Of a stretch of DNA of 64,000 bases, positions 1 through 13,000 are shown piece after piece. The notes beneath the pieces were generated by a model. It was not told the DNA's origin, did not search any database, and saw only the letters and a list, made by a program, of their open reading frames with translations. Made by a program: the position numbers and the translations under genes. The DNA comes from Anthoceros angustus (taxonomy: Eukaryota > Plantae > Anthocerotophyta). The DNA lies in the NCBI GenBank assembly GCA_010909165.1, contig VJWM01000203.1, positions 62,001 through 126,000 of the forward strand, written 5' to 3'. Each line of letters begins with the position of its first letter. Position 1 is the stretch's first letter.

Positions 1-833
1 GCCTTTCTAATGAAACCAATAGATGAATGGTATTTAGATACGGGTGCTCGCACACATCCGCTTTGATAGAAATGCTTTCAAAACATATAGGTCTTTTCGG
101 ATCGGTATGTTTACCTTGGGGACGACAGTCTCTAGTCTCACATGGTCGTGTACGCTTGAGTTGAGTTGCTAGTTCCTCTGAGGATCACACTCATGTTGTT
201 AGAAGTCTACTATGTGCGAAATGACTAGAAACCTTATTTCGATCGAGATTGAATGCGATAACAACATCACGTTGTTTTCACTAGGATGATTGTAGAATCA
301 TAGATGCTATTGACCCTAGAAAGGTCCTTGCACATGGGTCTTGGACCACGATCATTCGTCTCCATTTGCACGATGGAGTAGCGAGTCCCACGACACAAGA
401 CGTCTCCTTGCATCGCACAACAACAGCAAAGTCTAAGTTGTGGCATGCACGCTTGGGTCACCCTCACATGGCAAAGCTGCAAAAATTGGTTGTGGTGACT
501 GTATCAAGATGGACCTATTGGCCCTTTGAGCGCCATACCTTTATGTGAGGCTTGTGTGTTGTCGAAGAAACACCAAGCTGCCTTCAGAACAAAGCACCTC
601 ATCGTCTTGATGATCTCCTTGAGCTTGTACATCTTGACCTATGTGGACCCTTATCTCAAGCGTCCATAGGAGGTGGACGTTATTTTCTAACGTTCTGAGA
701 TGACAAGAGCGGTTGTCACCACCTATATCACGAAGAACAAAAGCGAATGTTTCTCCTACTTCAAGGAATACACTCCATGCAGAATGGAGTGGCAGAGCGC
801 TTGAACCTCACATTGCGGAGATGGTCTCCTCAT
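1..833 (+). mobile_element. Ty1/Copia pol remnant (protease, GAG-pre-integrase, integrase N-part), degenerate and truncated
   Basis: Motifs across frames: EWYLDTGA (~24-50), LWHARLGHP (~437-463), CEACV, LELVHLDLCGP (~620-650), GGRYFLTF, QNGVAERLN (~780-806). Stops and frameshifts are present. Confidence 0.85.
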
Positions 834-1802
834 TGTTACATGATTTTTTTGTTTTGGGAGTGTTTGTATAGCAAAGTGCTTTGAGAATCGCTTTGGTAAG
901 GTCTTTTATCGAGAATGGTCCTTGGCCCTTGGGATAATAATTTTCTTTTTGAACCTTAGGTTTTTCGACCGGATAGGTAGGTCGGAGATAGAATCCTTAG
1001 GTTTTGGTGATTTTAGAAATAAGAAAGTGTCTATATATGTTAGGGGTGCCTACATCACCCGATTCTTGATCAAGCGGGAGGTAGCAGTTCCACCACGGTG
1101 GCGAAGAAGCAGGGGCGTCTGAGACCGAGGGAGTTTACAACCCTAGTGGCGGCGGCGGCGAGTGGAGGAGAGGCGGACACACCCAAAGACCGCGAGGTCG
1201 CGAATTTCGAGCCGGGCGTCGGGCGGGCTGCGGCAAGCGAAGGCATTGGACGCCAACTCGTGTCTGCTTGTGGTGGACGGCGTCGGTCGGGTGCAGCGGT
1301 GGCGGCGGAGGAAACGGTGGCGAGTAGCGAAGGAGGAAAAGAGACGCTGAGGCAAGAGCGCCAACAAGAAAGGCGAGTGGAGGAGACGCGAGGGTGGTGT
1401 CCCTTTTCGACCGGCGTTTGCGGGAGGTGGGTTCTTTTCTGAAGAAACAAGGAGAAAGGAGATGGCGCCCGGTGCGAAATTCCCATGCGGTGGCCCAACA
1501 TGGACCCTTTGGAAGGTGAGAGGCGACTGGTGCGGAGCTGGGTCTGGGATTTATGGAGAAGAAATGGTGTTACGACAGCTCAGCATTGGTGCAAGAGTGC
1601 GCCCGGCAATTGAGAACCAAGTTGCAAGAGGGAGACGCGAGGAAGAGGCCGCAAACTGGATTTGGGACTCTTTCGAGCGGTGTATGGCGAGAAGCATCAG
1701 AGGATGGAAGCTTGGTAATTGATCCCCAGAGAAAGAAGACCCTGAGAGCCGCAGCCGCGCCATGAAGCCCGGAGAAGAAGACCACGAGGCTGCGGTGCGC
1801 TC

Positions 1803-2090
1803 ATGAAGCCTGGAGAAGTGAGAGTGAACAATGGATGGGTGACTCGCCAACTCGTGTCTGCGCAGCTGGTGGGATTAGCCAAGTGGATTTTGTGTTTCCT
1901 GCAGAATCGGAAGTTGGATCATATGGCAGACCACTTCCTGGTCTTTCTTCATGAGGTGGTTAAAGGTACACAAATCGATTGGGGGCGGATGATCTTTGAA
2001 AGAGCCTGTGAGGAGAGGGCGAATTTGCTCTCCCCTTCCCCTCGACCCTCCTTGATTTCACCTTTTCTAATTCATGTGTTCGCGCATTAG
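1803..2090 (+). pseudogene. Degenerate accessory ORF of family A element
   Basis: KLDHMADHFLVFLHEVVKGTQIDWGRMIF aligns by eye with KVDHLGDNLIVFTASV...DYFRLL at 46768-47037(-) in another family copy. Confidence 0.45.
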
Positions 2091-3069
2091 GGTGTCTAGC
2101 GGGTTGGAAGGCATGTCGCCCTTCATAGCCGGAAACCGGCCGTGAACTCAAGGTAGAGGAGGAGGAGTGTAAGGAAGATTAGGGAAGGATTCCAGTTGGG
2201 AATCGCCTCCCTAGAAGATTCGGATGAAGGTGGGGAGGTTTCCAAGGGCAAGCGGGCGGCGGCGGTGAGCAGGGGTCGGCGAAGAAGGGAAGGGCGGCGG
2301 CGGAAGAGGAACCCAGCCACACCTAGGGTCACCAGTCGAAATCGGCGGCGAGGAGCAGTGAAGGAGGAGAAAATAAAGGAAGCGACAAGTTGTGCCCCTC
2401 TCGGTGCGGAGGAGTCGCCGCTAGGAGAGATTGGAGGCGGATGAGGAAGTTGTGGCAAACCAACCCCTAGAAGAAGAGGTTAGTTTCGATAGCCAAGTCA
2501 TGAGACTCGGAACATTTTGGCGACATTTCACCGACCCGTCCGGTGAAGTGGAGCGGTGACACGCTCGCGTCGAGGTGTTGTGGAAGGAATGGGCACGGGC
2601 AGCCCAATCTGAATCAGCTCGACCGCCATGGCTCGGCAGGCGGATCTCCTCGACCAGCAGCCATGGCTCTCACCGGCCGAGTGTGCAGGCCAACAGGAAA
2701 AGTTGCTCAAGGAGAAGTTGGAGAGCCCGGAAGGCGAGAACAAGGTGGCGGAGGCCTTGAGGCAGGAATCTGGCGGCCCTATGCAAAACGAGGGCTAAGG
2801 CCATGTCCACCCAGCAGGAGGCCTTAGTGAATCGAGGTCAAGGCGCATGCCACAATCGAGGAGCTTCAAGATGAGGTCTCATGAGCCTGTGAACAAATGG
2901 AAACAATGGCGCCCGAGAAATTCAAGAAGGCGGAGAGATATAGCGAGAGAGATGAAGCTAGGGCCGAGTCAAGAGAGAGGTGGCCAAAGCAGAAGGCGAG
3001 CCACGGCAACATGATGGCAAGCCACCACCGTGGAAACTACCACCACGGTGGCTAAACCACCGTCGCGGA

Positions 3070-5790
3070 AGGAGGAACCGAGGTGGGGAAGTCAAGCAGG
3101 CTGCGGTGGGGATCGATCCCACAGATTCGGGCGGCCGGCTCGGGATTGTCCACGGGAGGAGAGGTAAGAACCTCTGGCGAAGGCGTATTGTGCTGTCGGA
3201 TGAGGATGCTCATGTCCACAGCCACCGCATGGTGGCGGTGCTCACTCTAAATGTGTATGTGGTTGTTGGGACAGGAGGGGGCAGAAACTATTGGCTGCAC
3301 ATCTTGACCGCCACAGGCGTTTACGATGGTTCTTCGAGCAGGAGGCGGGGCCTACCCCCAAGTGGTGATCGAGGAAATGGCGGCGGAGGCAGGCGTGGAG
3401 GGAGGAGCACACGGTGTGGCTGTCCAGCGATGAGGAGCGGAATAACAGGCATAGGGCCTATAGACGCACGACGCCCATGGGAAGGCAGCTGAGGCGGTGG
3501 CGAGGTGGAGGTTTTGGGGAGAATCGCTCGGATCGGGCGTGGCGGAGGCGAGGCGGCAGGAACCCCACCCCTTGAGGCTAAGCGGCAACGCGAGGCCAGC
3601 CGATTTTAGGGAGCGACATCATAGGCCGAGGCTTTTTGGGGTAGGGGATAGGATGTTTTGAGGACCCGTGAGTCAGTAGTTTCGAATTGGTAGGAGCGCT
3701 CGTGGTAGTGGGCCATATTTTCTAGACACTGGTAGGAGTGAGCTGTGGAAATCCACAGCTGAATGTATAAGAGACCCTTGAGAGTCTCTCCTAACAGACA
3801 ATTTCAGGTGTGAACTTCCGTGTGTTGAAGCTATGCGCGAGGTTGGTTGGAGACGTCTGATCAGCATCAAACTCGTTCGATGCACCGCCTTCTCGTCACA
3901 AGAAGGCCGGGAAGATCCCTGGATGGTCGAGAGCGGAGTGGCCAAGCTCCACGCCTGGGGTGACGGAAGGTGGTGGCCGGAAAAGAGGTAGGAATTGCCG
4001 CGAAGGAGGAACCGAGGTGGGGAAGTCACTGTGAGCGCCGCAGTGGGGATACGATCCCCGATTCCAAGGCGCTGCCTGTGATTGTCCACGGAGGAGAGGG
4101 TAAGAACCTCAGAGTCAAGAGCGACAGTTACGTGGCCCGGATGAGGATGCTCATGTCCCGCCGCCGCATGGTGAGCGGGTGCTCACTCTAAATGTGTATG
4201 TGGTTGTTGGGACAGGAGGGGCGTAAACTATTGGTCGACATCTTGACCGCCACGCTACTGCTGGTTCTTCCGAACGGGAGCGGGGGCCTACCCCCCCCAA
4301 GTGGTGATCGAGGAAATGAGCGGGAGGCAGGCGTGGAGGGAGGAGCACACTGTGGCGCCCAAATGATGAGGAGCGGAATAACAGCATAGGGCCTATAGAC
4401 GCACGACGCCCATGGAAGACGCCAAGAAACCGCAGTGGCGAGGTGGAGGTTTTGGGGAGAATCGCTCGGATCGTAGGCGCAGAGAGCGAGAGCGACGGAA
4501 CCCCACCGGGGCTAGGTTAGGCAAAGAATCATGACGCTACTGATTTTAGGGAGCGACATCATAGGCCGAGGCTTTTTGGGGTAGGGGATAGGATGTTTTG
4601 AGGACCCGTGAGTCAGTAGTTTCGAATTGGTAGGAGCGCCGTGGTAGTGGGCCATATTTTCTAGACACCGGTAGGAGTGAGTGGAACCACAACCGAATGT
4701 ATAAGAGACCCTTGAGAGTCTCCTACGTATACCGTGTGAACTTCCGTGTTGAAGCTATGCGCGAGGTTGGTTGGAGACGTCGATCAAGATCAAACTCGTT
4801 CGATGCACCGCCTCTCACAAGAAGGCCGGAAGATCCTCGGATGGTCGAGAGCGAGTGGCCAAGCTCCACGCCTGGGTGACGGAAGGTGGTGGCCGGAAAA
4901 GAGGTAGGAATTGCTGGAAGGCCGAGGAACCGGAAGGCGATCGCCCAAGCACGACCGGGTTTTCCCGATCCTCTTTCCCAAGCTGCCACCAGTGTTTTAT
5001 TCCATGAGGAGGGTGTGTGGCCCAAGGAGGGGTCTGTGTGGCCCGTGAGGAGAGGAGAGTTCATTAGGAAGGAAAGGTCCCCAAAGGGTAGATGAGTCTG
5101 TGAGGGATTGTGAGTGTGTGGGGAAAATCGAAATGCGAGGGGAGTGGAAGTGTGCGGTGGAATCGCAAATTCCTAGAGTGAAGTGAGGTGTATATAGGTG
5201 TTTGTATGTCCATAGCCCCAAGGTCTGCGCCCAGGCCGGTGACAAATAGACCCGCGGCAGGCGGCGGTGGTGGGACCCGCCACGGTCTGAACCGAGCCAG
5301 CTGGTGGCCGAGTCTACAGTGGTGGGTTTGGGGAGAATCGCTCGGATCGGGCGTGGCGGAGGCGAGGCGGCAGGAACCCCACCCCTTGAGGCTAAGCGGC
5401 AACGCGAGGCCAGCTGATTTTAGGGAGCGACATCATAGGCCGAGGCTTTTTGGGGTAGGGGATAGGATGTTTTGAGGACCCGTGGGCTGTAGTTCTGAAT
5501 TGGTAGGGCGCTCGTGGTAGTGGGCCATATTTTCTGAACCTTTGGTAGGAGTGAGTGGAAATCCACGGTGAATGTATAAGAGACCCTTGAGAGTCTCTCT
5601 TACAATTTCGGTGTGAACTTCCGTGTGTTGAAGCTATCGCGAGGTTGGTTGGAGCGTCGATCGGCATCAAACTCGTTCGATGCCTTCTCGTCACAAGAAG
5701 GCCGGAAGATCCTGGATGGTCGAGGCGGAGTGGCCAAGCTCCACGCCTGGGTGACGGAAGGTGGTGGCCGGAAAAGAGGTAGGAATTGCA
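3070..5790. repeat. Imperfect tandem duplications (~0.9-1 kb unit) inside family A copy 1
   Basis: The block ttttagggagcgacatcataggccgaggctttttggggtagggg recurs at ~3604, ~4544 and ~5418. The block ggatgaggatgctcatgtcc recurs at ~3198 and ~4139. Confidence 0.8.
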
Positions 5791-8360
5791 GCAGGTGGCG
5801 GAGGCAGGAAGGCCAAATTTTCAGGGGTTTTCTTTCACGATCCTCTTTCCCAACTGCTGCCACCAGGCGTGTTTTATTCCATGAGAGGGTGTGTGGCCCA
5901 AGGAGGGGTCTGTGTGGCCCGTGAGGAGAGGGAGAGTTCATTAGGAAGGGAAAGGTCCCCGAAAGGGTAGATGAGTGCGCGCTGTGAGGGATTGTGAGTG
6001 CGTGTGGGGAAAATCGGAAATGCGTAGGGGGAGTGGAAGTGTGCGGTGGAATCGCGGAAATTCCTGGAAGTGAAGTGAGGTGTATATAGGTGTTTGTATG
6101 TCCATAGCCCCAAGGTCTGCGCCCGAGAAGCCGGTGACAAATAGACCCCCGCGGACGGTAGTGGTGGGACCACGCATGAACCGACCAACTGCGTGGCCGA
6201 GTCTACAGTGGTGGGTTTGGGGTAGGGTAGCCGGATAAGGTGGGGTAGTGAGCGACGGGTAAGTCTAGAATCCATAGATTCAAAACACCTTGACACAAAA
6301 CCATTCCCTTGGGATCGAATCCTAGGACTATAACGACATAGAGGGTAAATGTGGCCTCTTTGCGTCTTGGATGCAAAAAACCCATTCCACACCTGCCATG
6401 GGGTGTCTAGACATGTTCACAGGGAAGTGCGGCAGCTTGTTAGTCTTGATGACTTGCTAGGCATAGGTTCCTCATGCTAGCACATCCTTAGCAACATGAT
6501 CAGGTCGCTTGGTGAACGACCTCGCAGACTTCAAAAGTTCCAAGGAAGCAAGGTTAGTCCACACAGACTCTCAACCTATGAGCCCTCAAATCAAGTTGAG
6601 ATGCATCCAACAGCAACTCCTCGGCCCAACACTCCTCAGATCGTACCAAAGTCTTCTTGGACTTGCTTTTTCATGCTCATGCATGCTGACATACTCTCCA
6701 ACATGTATCCACAAGGCCTTTCTTGCCCTTTCTGGATCAAGCACAATATCCTCATCAGGTTATAAAACAATGTTATTCATGGATCCTTCAGACCCTGACC
6801 TTTGCCTGCATAGGAGAGGCCTTGACACTCCCAACATGCGATGACAAGGTCCACTAGTTGCCTAAGACATCTCAAATGGGACAACCCTATCATGCGAACA
6901 TCCATCGAAAGCGCCTTCTAGTAGTCCTTCACTCACTCCCACGTCAAGAGGTTAGGATACTCCCCCATCAGGTTCGAGCCGAGGGGAAATGCATATATCT
7001 TCGTACTTTGATGCCACATTTTAGCACCGCCTTCACAAGAAGGCCGGAAGATCCTCGGATGGTCGAGAGCGAGTGGCCAAGCTCCACGCCTGGGTGACGG
7101 AAGGCGCCACGAGAGGTAGGAATTGCGGAAGGCCGAGGCGGAACTGCCGGAAGGCGATCGCCCAAGCACCGACCGGGTTTTCCCGATCCTCTTCCCAACC
7201 GCCACTGTTTTATTCCAAGGAGAGGGGTCTGTGGTGGCCCAAGGAGGGGTCTGTGGCCCAAGGAGGGGTCTGTGAGGAGAGGAGAGTTCATTAGGAAGGA
7301 AAGGTCCCAAAGGGTAGATGAGTGCGCTACTGAGGGATTGTGAGTGCGTGGGGAAAATCGAAATGCGAGGGGAGTGGAAGTGTGCGGTGGAATCGCGGAA
7401 ATTCCTAGAGTGAAGTGAGGTGTATATAGGTGTTTGTATGTCCATAGCCCCAAGGTCCGCGCGAGAAGCCGGTGACAATAGACCGCGACAGCGGCACAGG
7501 GGGACCTACATTGGAACCAGAACGCGTGGCCGAGTCTACCACGGTGGTGGGTTTGGGTAGGGTAGCTGGATAAGGTGGGGTAGTGAGCGACGGGGTAAGT
7601 CTAGAATCCATAGATTCAAAACACCTTGACACAAAACCATTCCCTTGGGATCGAATCCTAGGACTTTAACGACATAGAGGGTAAGTGTGGCCTCTTTGCG
7701 TCTTCGGATGCAAAAAACCCATTCCACACCTGCCATGGGGTGTCTAGACATGTTCACAGGGAAGTGCGGCAGCTTGTTAGTCTTGATGACTTGCTAGGCA
7801 TAGGTTCCTCATGCTAGCACATCCTTAGCAACATGATCAGGTCGCTTGGTGAACGACCTCGCAGACTTCAAAAGTTCCAAGGAAGCAAGGTTAGTCCACA
7901 TGACTCTCAACCTATGAGCCCTCAAATCAAGTTGAGATGCATCCAACAAGAACTCCTCGCCCAACACCTCGGATCGCATCAAAGTCTTCTTGACTTGCTT
8001 TTTCATGCTCATGCATGCCGACATACTCTCCAACATGTATCCACAAGGCCTTTCTTGCCCTTTCTGGATCAAGCACAATATCCTCATCAGGTTATAAAAC
8101 AATGTTATTCATGGATCCTTCAGACCCTGACCTTTGCCTGCATAGGAGAGGCCTTGACACTCCCAACATGCGATGACAAGGTCCACTAGTTGCCTAAGAC
8201 ATCTCAAATGGGACAACCCTATCATGCGAACATCCATCGAAAGCGCCTTCTAGTAGTCCTTCACTCACTCCCACGTCAAGAGGTTAGGATACTCCCCCAT
8301 CAGGTTCGAGCCGAGGGGAAATGCATATATCTTCGTACTTTGATGCCACATTTTAGCACT
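5700..8360. repeat. ~1.33 kb tandem duplication (family A end plus DNMT remnant)
   Basis: 6392-7030 is nearly identical to 7729-8360, and 5700-6391 resembles 7030-7728. Confidence 0.85.
6392..7030 (-). pseudogene. Duplicate of the DNMT3-like remnant (lacks most of motif I)
   Basis: Near-identical to 7729-8360. Confidence 0.7.
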
Positions 8361-8420
8361 GCTTCCAAGCCGATACTGATGCCTCCAAAGAGTTCCACAA
8401 ATATGACGCAAGGGGTCACC
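7729..8420 (-). pseudogene. DNMT3-like C5-cytosine DNA methyltransferase remnant (probably transposon-borne)
   Basis: Manual minus-strand translation gives motifs in canonical order: I VELFGGISIGLEAVLKCGIKVRRY; IV VDLVIACWECQGLSYAGKGQGLKDP*ITLFYNLMRIL; VI GYMLESM (ENV-like); VIII LDASQLDLRAHRLRVMWTNL. It has several stops and is truncated at 7728 by a family A end. Confidence 0.75.
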
Positions 8421-8455
8421 ATGTGATCATCAAGATATTTAATCAGGTCACACAC

Positions 8456-8650
8456 ATGCTCAACCCTAGGCAAGAACTTACAGCATACATGCTCAACCCT
8501 AGGCAAGAACTTATAGCATACATGCTCAACCCTAGGCAAGAACTTACAGCATACATGCTCAACCCTAGGCAAGAACTTACAACATACATGCTCAACCCTA
8601 GGCAAGAACTTACAGCATACATGCTCAACCCTAGGCAAGAACTTACAGCA
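8456..8650. repeat. 33-bp minisatellite, ~6 copies (catgctcaaccctaggcaagaacttacagcata)
   Basis: Head-to-tail units with no spacers. Reads as (CCKFLPRVEHV)n on the minus strand. Confidence 0.95.
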
Positions 8651-10062
8651 GTTCTTCGGCTCATAGGACATTGATTCTTTTGCACCTCCTCCACTACTTT
8701 TTGCATGGCTCATTGCTGCAGTTACTCTTGCTCATTGCTGCAGTTACTCTTACTGACTTGAAGATTGTCATGTGAGGATGGTTACAACCCTAGCTTTGTC
8801 TTCACCTCCCGAAATCCTCCGTGCAAGCTTACAAGGAAGGCCAGATCATAACTCCCGTGTTAGCGCAAGTGCAAGGAAATCTGATAGGCACATCCGTGCA
8901 CCATCTATGAGGAGGCATACGGGCGGGCTGCCACCATGGACCAATTCTCTCTGGTGCAGGTCATTTTTACATGGAGAAAAACCAGTCGAGTGCAACAGGA
9001 TGGTCTATCGTCCCGGTACGCCTTACAAACTGCCCAGCCAATTATGCGCTAACTTACACATGGTTGGCGCACTTAGTGACTGATATTGCTGGGAAAACAT
9101 GACGGGAATGGTAGTGAACGTGGCAGGTGGCGGCACTGAGGAATTCAACATTCCATCGCAGTCAGCTGACTTGCACGTATCTGGATGAGGATTCAACGAT
9201 CGTCATGGAGTTCCTCCATTGGCAGACACGGTAAGACCACTCCATCCCCTCTCCTTCCAAGCGTTTGACCGAACAAGCATGCACACTTATGAGTTAGCTG
9301 GGGAATCTAGAAGGGTGTGGTGGAAGGTGCCTCGTTTCTTGATCCGTGATGGGATGGTGCTCGAACGAAGCTGGTGGAGGGAATCGTTGTTGGCTGTTTC
9401 GTGTTCATTGATGTTAGCGCGAGTGTTGCACCTGCCTACGAGAATTGTAGATGAAGTGCACATCTTGGGGCCTCACAGGCGACAGCGAAAGCTGTGCTTG
9501 AAGGTTCCTGTGGTTTTCGTCAATGACGAAATTGAGGTGGGACGGGCCGGGTCGTGGGGAATGCGAGTGCATCCTTGGCTTGGAGTGAATGGAACCGCGC
9601 GTGCTCCACCCGGTTCCTACCACATTGATTGTTTTAGCGGCTTCTTGCCTCGTTGCTAATGTTGAGGAGGCTTATGGTGGTGGCAAATGCTTATGTCTGT
9701 GTGCAATTGGGAAAATCTTAACCAGATTGCTGGATCTCCCCACGCTGTGCGTTTGCTGCGTGGCTTGTTCGGGTTGGCGACACTGGTGGACGATGCATTG
9801 GAAGACAAAGCCTGATTTGTGCTGCAAGTGCCTCTCCATCTCTAACCCGAAGAAATTTCAGGCACATTGACCGAATCAAACCAGCCTTCAGATATGAGTG
9901 CTTTTTTTCGGTTCTGGGTACGCGATAAAGATAAATGAGCGTATGCACTTTCCTCCGGAGCCAGCGAGGGTTGTGTCGTCATATGCACGCTTGTGGGCTT
10001 GTGGCTGGGCGTCCAGCCACAAGCTGTTGTTACATTCATCTTCCGACAGCGATCCCTCATCG

Positions 10063-13000
10063 ATGGCCACAATATGGCAACCGGACCCGTTGTGCGCCCA
10101 GCAAATTGGTGTGTGCACAGGGATTCTATTTGGATCTCCGGCTCACCTCACCATAGGGAGTGAACCCCTGGCAAACAAGGCCTCCAGGTGCAGCACTGTA
10201 AGGAGCCCAGCACTTCCACTTCCCGGAAAATGTGTGGGTGGGGACGGGTTTTCCAACGATGGTCGTCGCCAGGAGCAGGAGCGATTGTGGCTACAACTTT
10301 TTCTGGATCCTACCATGTGGTGGGACAGTAGACGGGATAAGAAGAGCTCACATTGGCCTGACTTCCGGCGGAAGGGGTCGGGCGAGGTCCTGTGGTTAAA
10401 CAACATGTTTAAGCCAGCTTGGGTGGATGAGCAGCTCGTTTCCTTGGATACGCCGATGGCTGATGGAGCCTCTTCTTCCAAATCGAGCTCTTCGGACAAG
10501 CCTGAATCTGGCAGGCGTGCCCTATCGGAAATGGGCTCCAGGTGCAGCAGTGTAAGGACCCCAGCACTTCCACTTCCCATTAAAAGTATGAGTGGGGACG
10601 GGTTTTCCAGCGACGCTCGTTTCCAGGAGCAGGAGGACTCGTGGCAACAATTTTTTCTTGACCGTACCATCTCATGGGACAATACTCGAGATAAGAAGAG
10701 CTCCCGTTCGCCTGACTTTCGGCGTGAGGGGTCGGGCGAGGTCCTGTGGTTAAACAACATGTACAAGCCAGCTTGGGTCGACGAGCAGCTCTTCTCCTTG
10801 AATATGCAGACGGGTCATGGTGCCTCTCCTTCCAAGCCGAGCTCCCAGGATAAACCTGAACCTGGGAGGCCTGCAAGATCGGAAGTGGGCGTCGTAACGG
10901 CTGGAACCGTGAGCATGTTTTGTCAGCAGGGAAAGCCGTTGGAGCCCGACGGACTCTGCTATTTCTCAGTCTCTGGTTTGCACGGTGCTGAAACTTTGTA
11001 CAGCTAGGAAGGATTTGGTTGTGGGTCGACGGATTCATGATCTCTGTGTCAAGCTTGGGTACGAGTCGAATGCATACTTGGGGAGCCACATCTTGCGCAT
11101 GTATGCATCCGGAGGTAGGCTGGAGGAGGCCATAGAAGTGCTCACCACGGTGGGCAAACCAGATGCCTTTATGTGGTCTTCCATAATTTCCGCATACGCT
11201 AAGCATGGGAAACCTAGGGAGGCCATGCAACTGTACCATGAGATGCGTAGGTCAGGAGCGAAGGCAAATGGCCACGTCTTTGTAGCTGCCCTTCAAGCTT
11301 GTGCTTTAGCCGCGGACTTGGAATCTGGCAGAAAAGTGCACTGTGATATATTGCACAGTTGCATTCCTCCTGACTTATTTGTTGGCACCTGCCTGGTGGA
11401 CATGTATGCAAAATGTGGTGAAATGAAAGATGCACGTCAGGTTTTTGACAGCATCGCTACAAAGGATGTGGTGACGTGGAATGCCCTGATATCTGGGTAT
11501 GCAAAATGTGGTCAACTGAAAGATGCACGCCAGGTTTTTGACAGCGTGAACACGAAGAATGTGGTGACATGGAATGCCCTGATATCTGGGTATGCGGAGC
11601 AAGGGCTGGGATATGAGGCCCTTCTTCTGTATGGACAAATGGAGCAGGAGGGCCTCATTTTGGCGGACCATGTTACATTTGCTTGCCTTCTGAAGGCCTG
11701 TGCAAGCACTGGTGCCTTACAGAAGGGCAGGCAGCTGCACTCACTGATTGTTGAAAGAGGGCTGCTGGATAATGTAGTGTTGGGCAACTGCTTGGTGGAC
11801 ATGTATGCAAAATGTGGTGAACTGGAAGATGCACGGCAGGTTTTTGACAGCTTGGTCACAAAGGATGTGGTGACATGGAATGCCCTGATAGCTGGGTATG
11901 CACAACAAGGCCTCGGCCAAGAGGCGCTTGTTGTGTTTGAACAGATGGAGGAGGAGGGCCTCATTTTGGCTGACCATGTTACATTTGCCTGCCTTCTGAA
12001 GGCCTGTGCGAGCACTGGTGCCTTACAAAAGGGCAGCCATTTGCACTTAAAGATTGTTGAAAGACGACTGCTGGAAGACGTAGTGTTGGGCACCTGCCTG
12101 GTCGACATGTATGCAAAATGTGGTCAAATGGAAGATGCACGCCGTGTTTTTGACAGCTTGGCCACGAAGAACGTGGTGACATGGACAGCCCTGTGTGCTG
12201 GGTATGCACAGCAAGGGCTCGGCGAAGAGGCCCTTGTTGTGTATGGACAAATGGAGGAGGGCCTCACCCTGGCTGACGATGTAACTTTCGCTTGCCTTCT
12301 GAAGGTCTGTGGAAGCACTGGTGCCTTACAGAAGGGCAGGCAGCTGCACTCACAGATTGTTGAAAGAGGACTGCTGGATAACGTAGTGTGGCAACTGCCT
12401 GGTGGACATGTATGCAAAATGTGGTGAACTGGAAGATGCACGCCAGGTTTTTGACAGCATGGCACAAAGGATGTGGTGACATGGAATGCCCTGATTGCTG
12501 GGTATGCAGCAAGGACTCGCCAAGAGGCGCTTGTTGTGTATGGACAAATGGAGGAGGAGGGCCTCATTTTGGCTGACCATGTTACTTTTGCTTGCCTTCT
12601 GAAGGCCTGTGCAAGCACTGGTGCCTTACAGAAGGGCAGGCAGCTGCACTCAGATTGTGAAAGAGGACTGCTGGATGACGTAGTGTTGGGCACCTGCCTG
12701 GTGGACATGTATGCAAAATGTGGTGAACTGTAAGATGCACGCCAGGTTTTTGACAGCATGGCCACAAAGAATGTGGTGACATGGAATGCCCTGATAGCTG
12801 GGTATGCTGAGCAAGGGCTCGGACATGAGGCGCTTGTTCTGTATGGACAAATGGAGCAGGAGGGCCTGATTTTGGCTGACCATGTTACTTTTGCTTGCCT
12901 TCTTAAGGCCTGTGCAAGCACTGGTGCCTTACAGAAGGGCAGGCAGCTGCACTCACTGATTGTTGAAAGAGGGCTGCTGGATAACGTAGTGTTGGGCAAC

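Larger units (their letters stand above)
834..6391 (-). mobile_element. Large TG...CA-bounded repeat element (solo-LTR/LARD-like), family A copy 1, with internal tandem duplications
   Basis: Begins TGTTACA at 834 and ends ttccaCA at 6391. The reverse complement of the right end (TGTGG...ATGTCG...CCCAAGGGAATGG) matches starts at 39577, 43522 and 50808(-). The left end (T-rich, gtccttggcccttgg) matches 63532-63760 and the reverse of 42380-42600. No TSD found. Confidence 0.6.

Noticed and set aside
834-6391. Target-site duplications for family A elements
   Set aside because: Flanks differ (ctcat/cctgc here; ccttg/gggag at 39577-42600), so no TSD is claimed.
8456-8650. 33-bp repeats as a CRISPR array
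   Set aside because: Units are contiguous with no unique spacers, there are no cas genes, and the context is eukaryotic.
9898-10062. Longer N-terminal extensions from the ORF track for genes 1 and 6 (also 57849-58040)
   Set aside because: They use non-ATG starts and are not shared among paralogues, whereas M(A/V)T(V/I)WQPD is common to all six.
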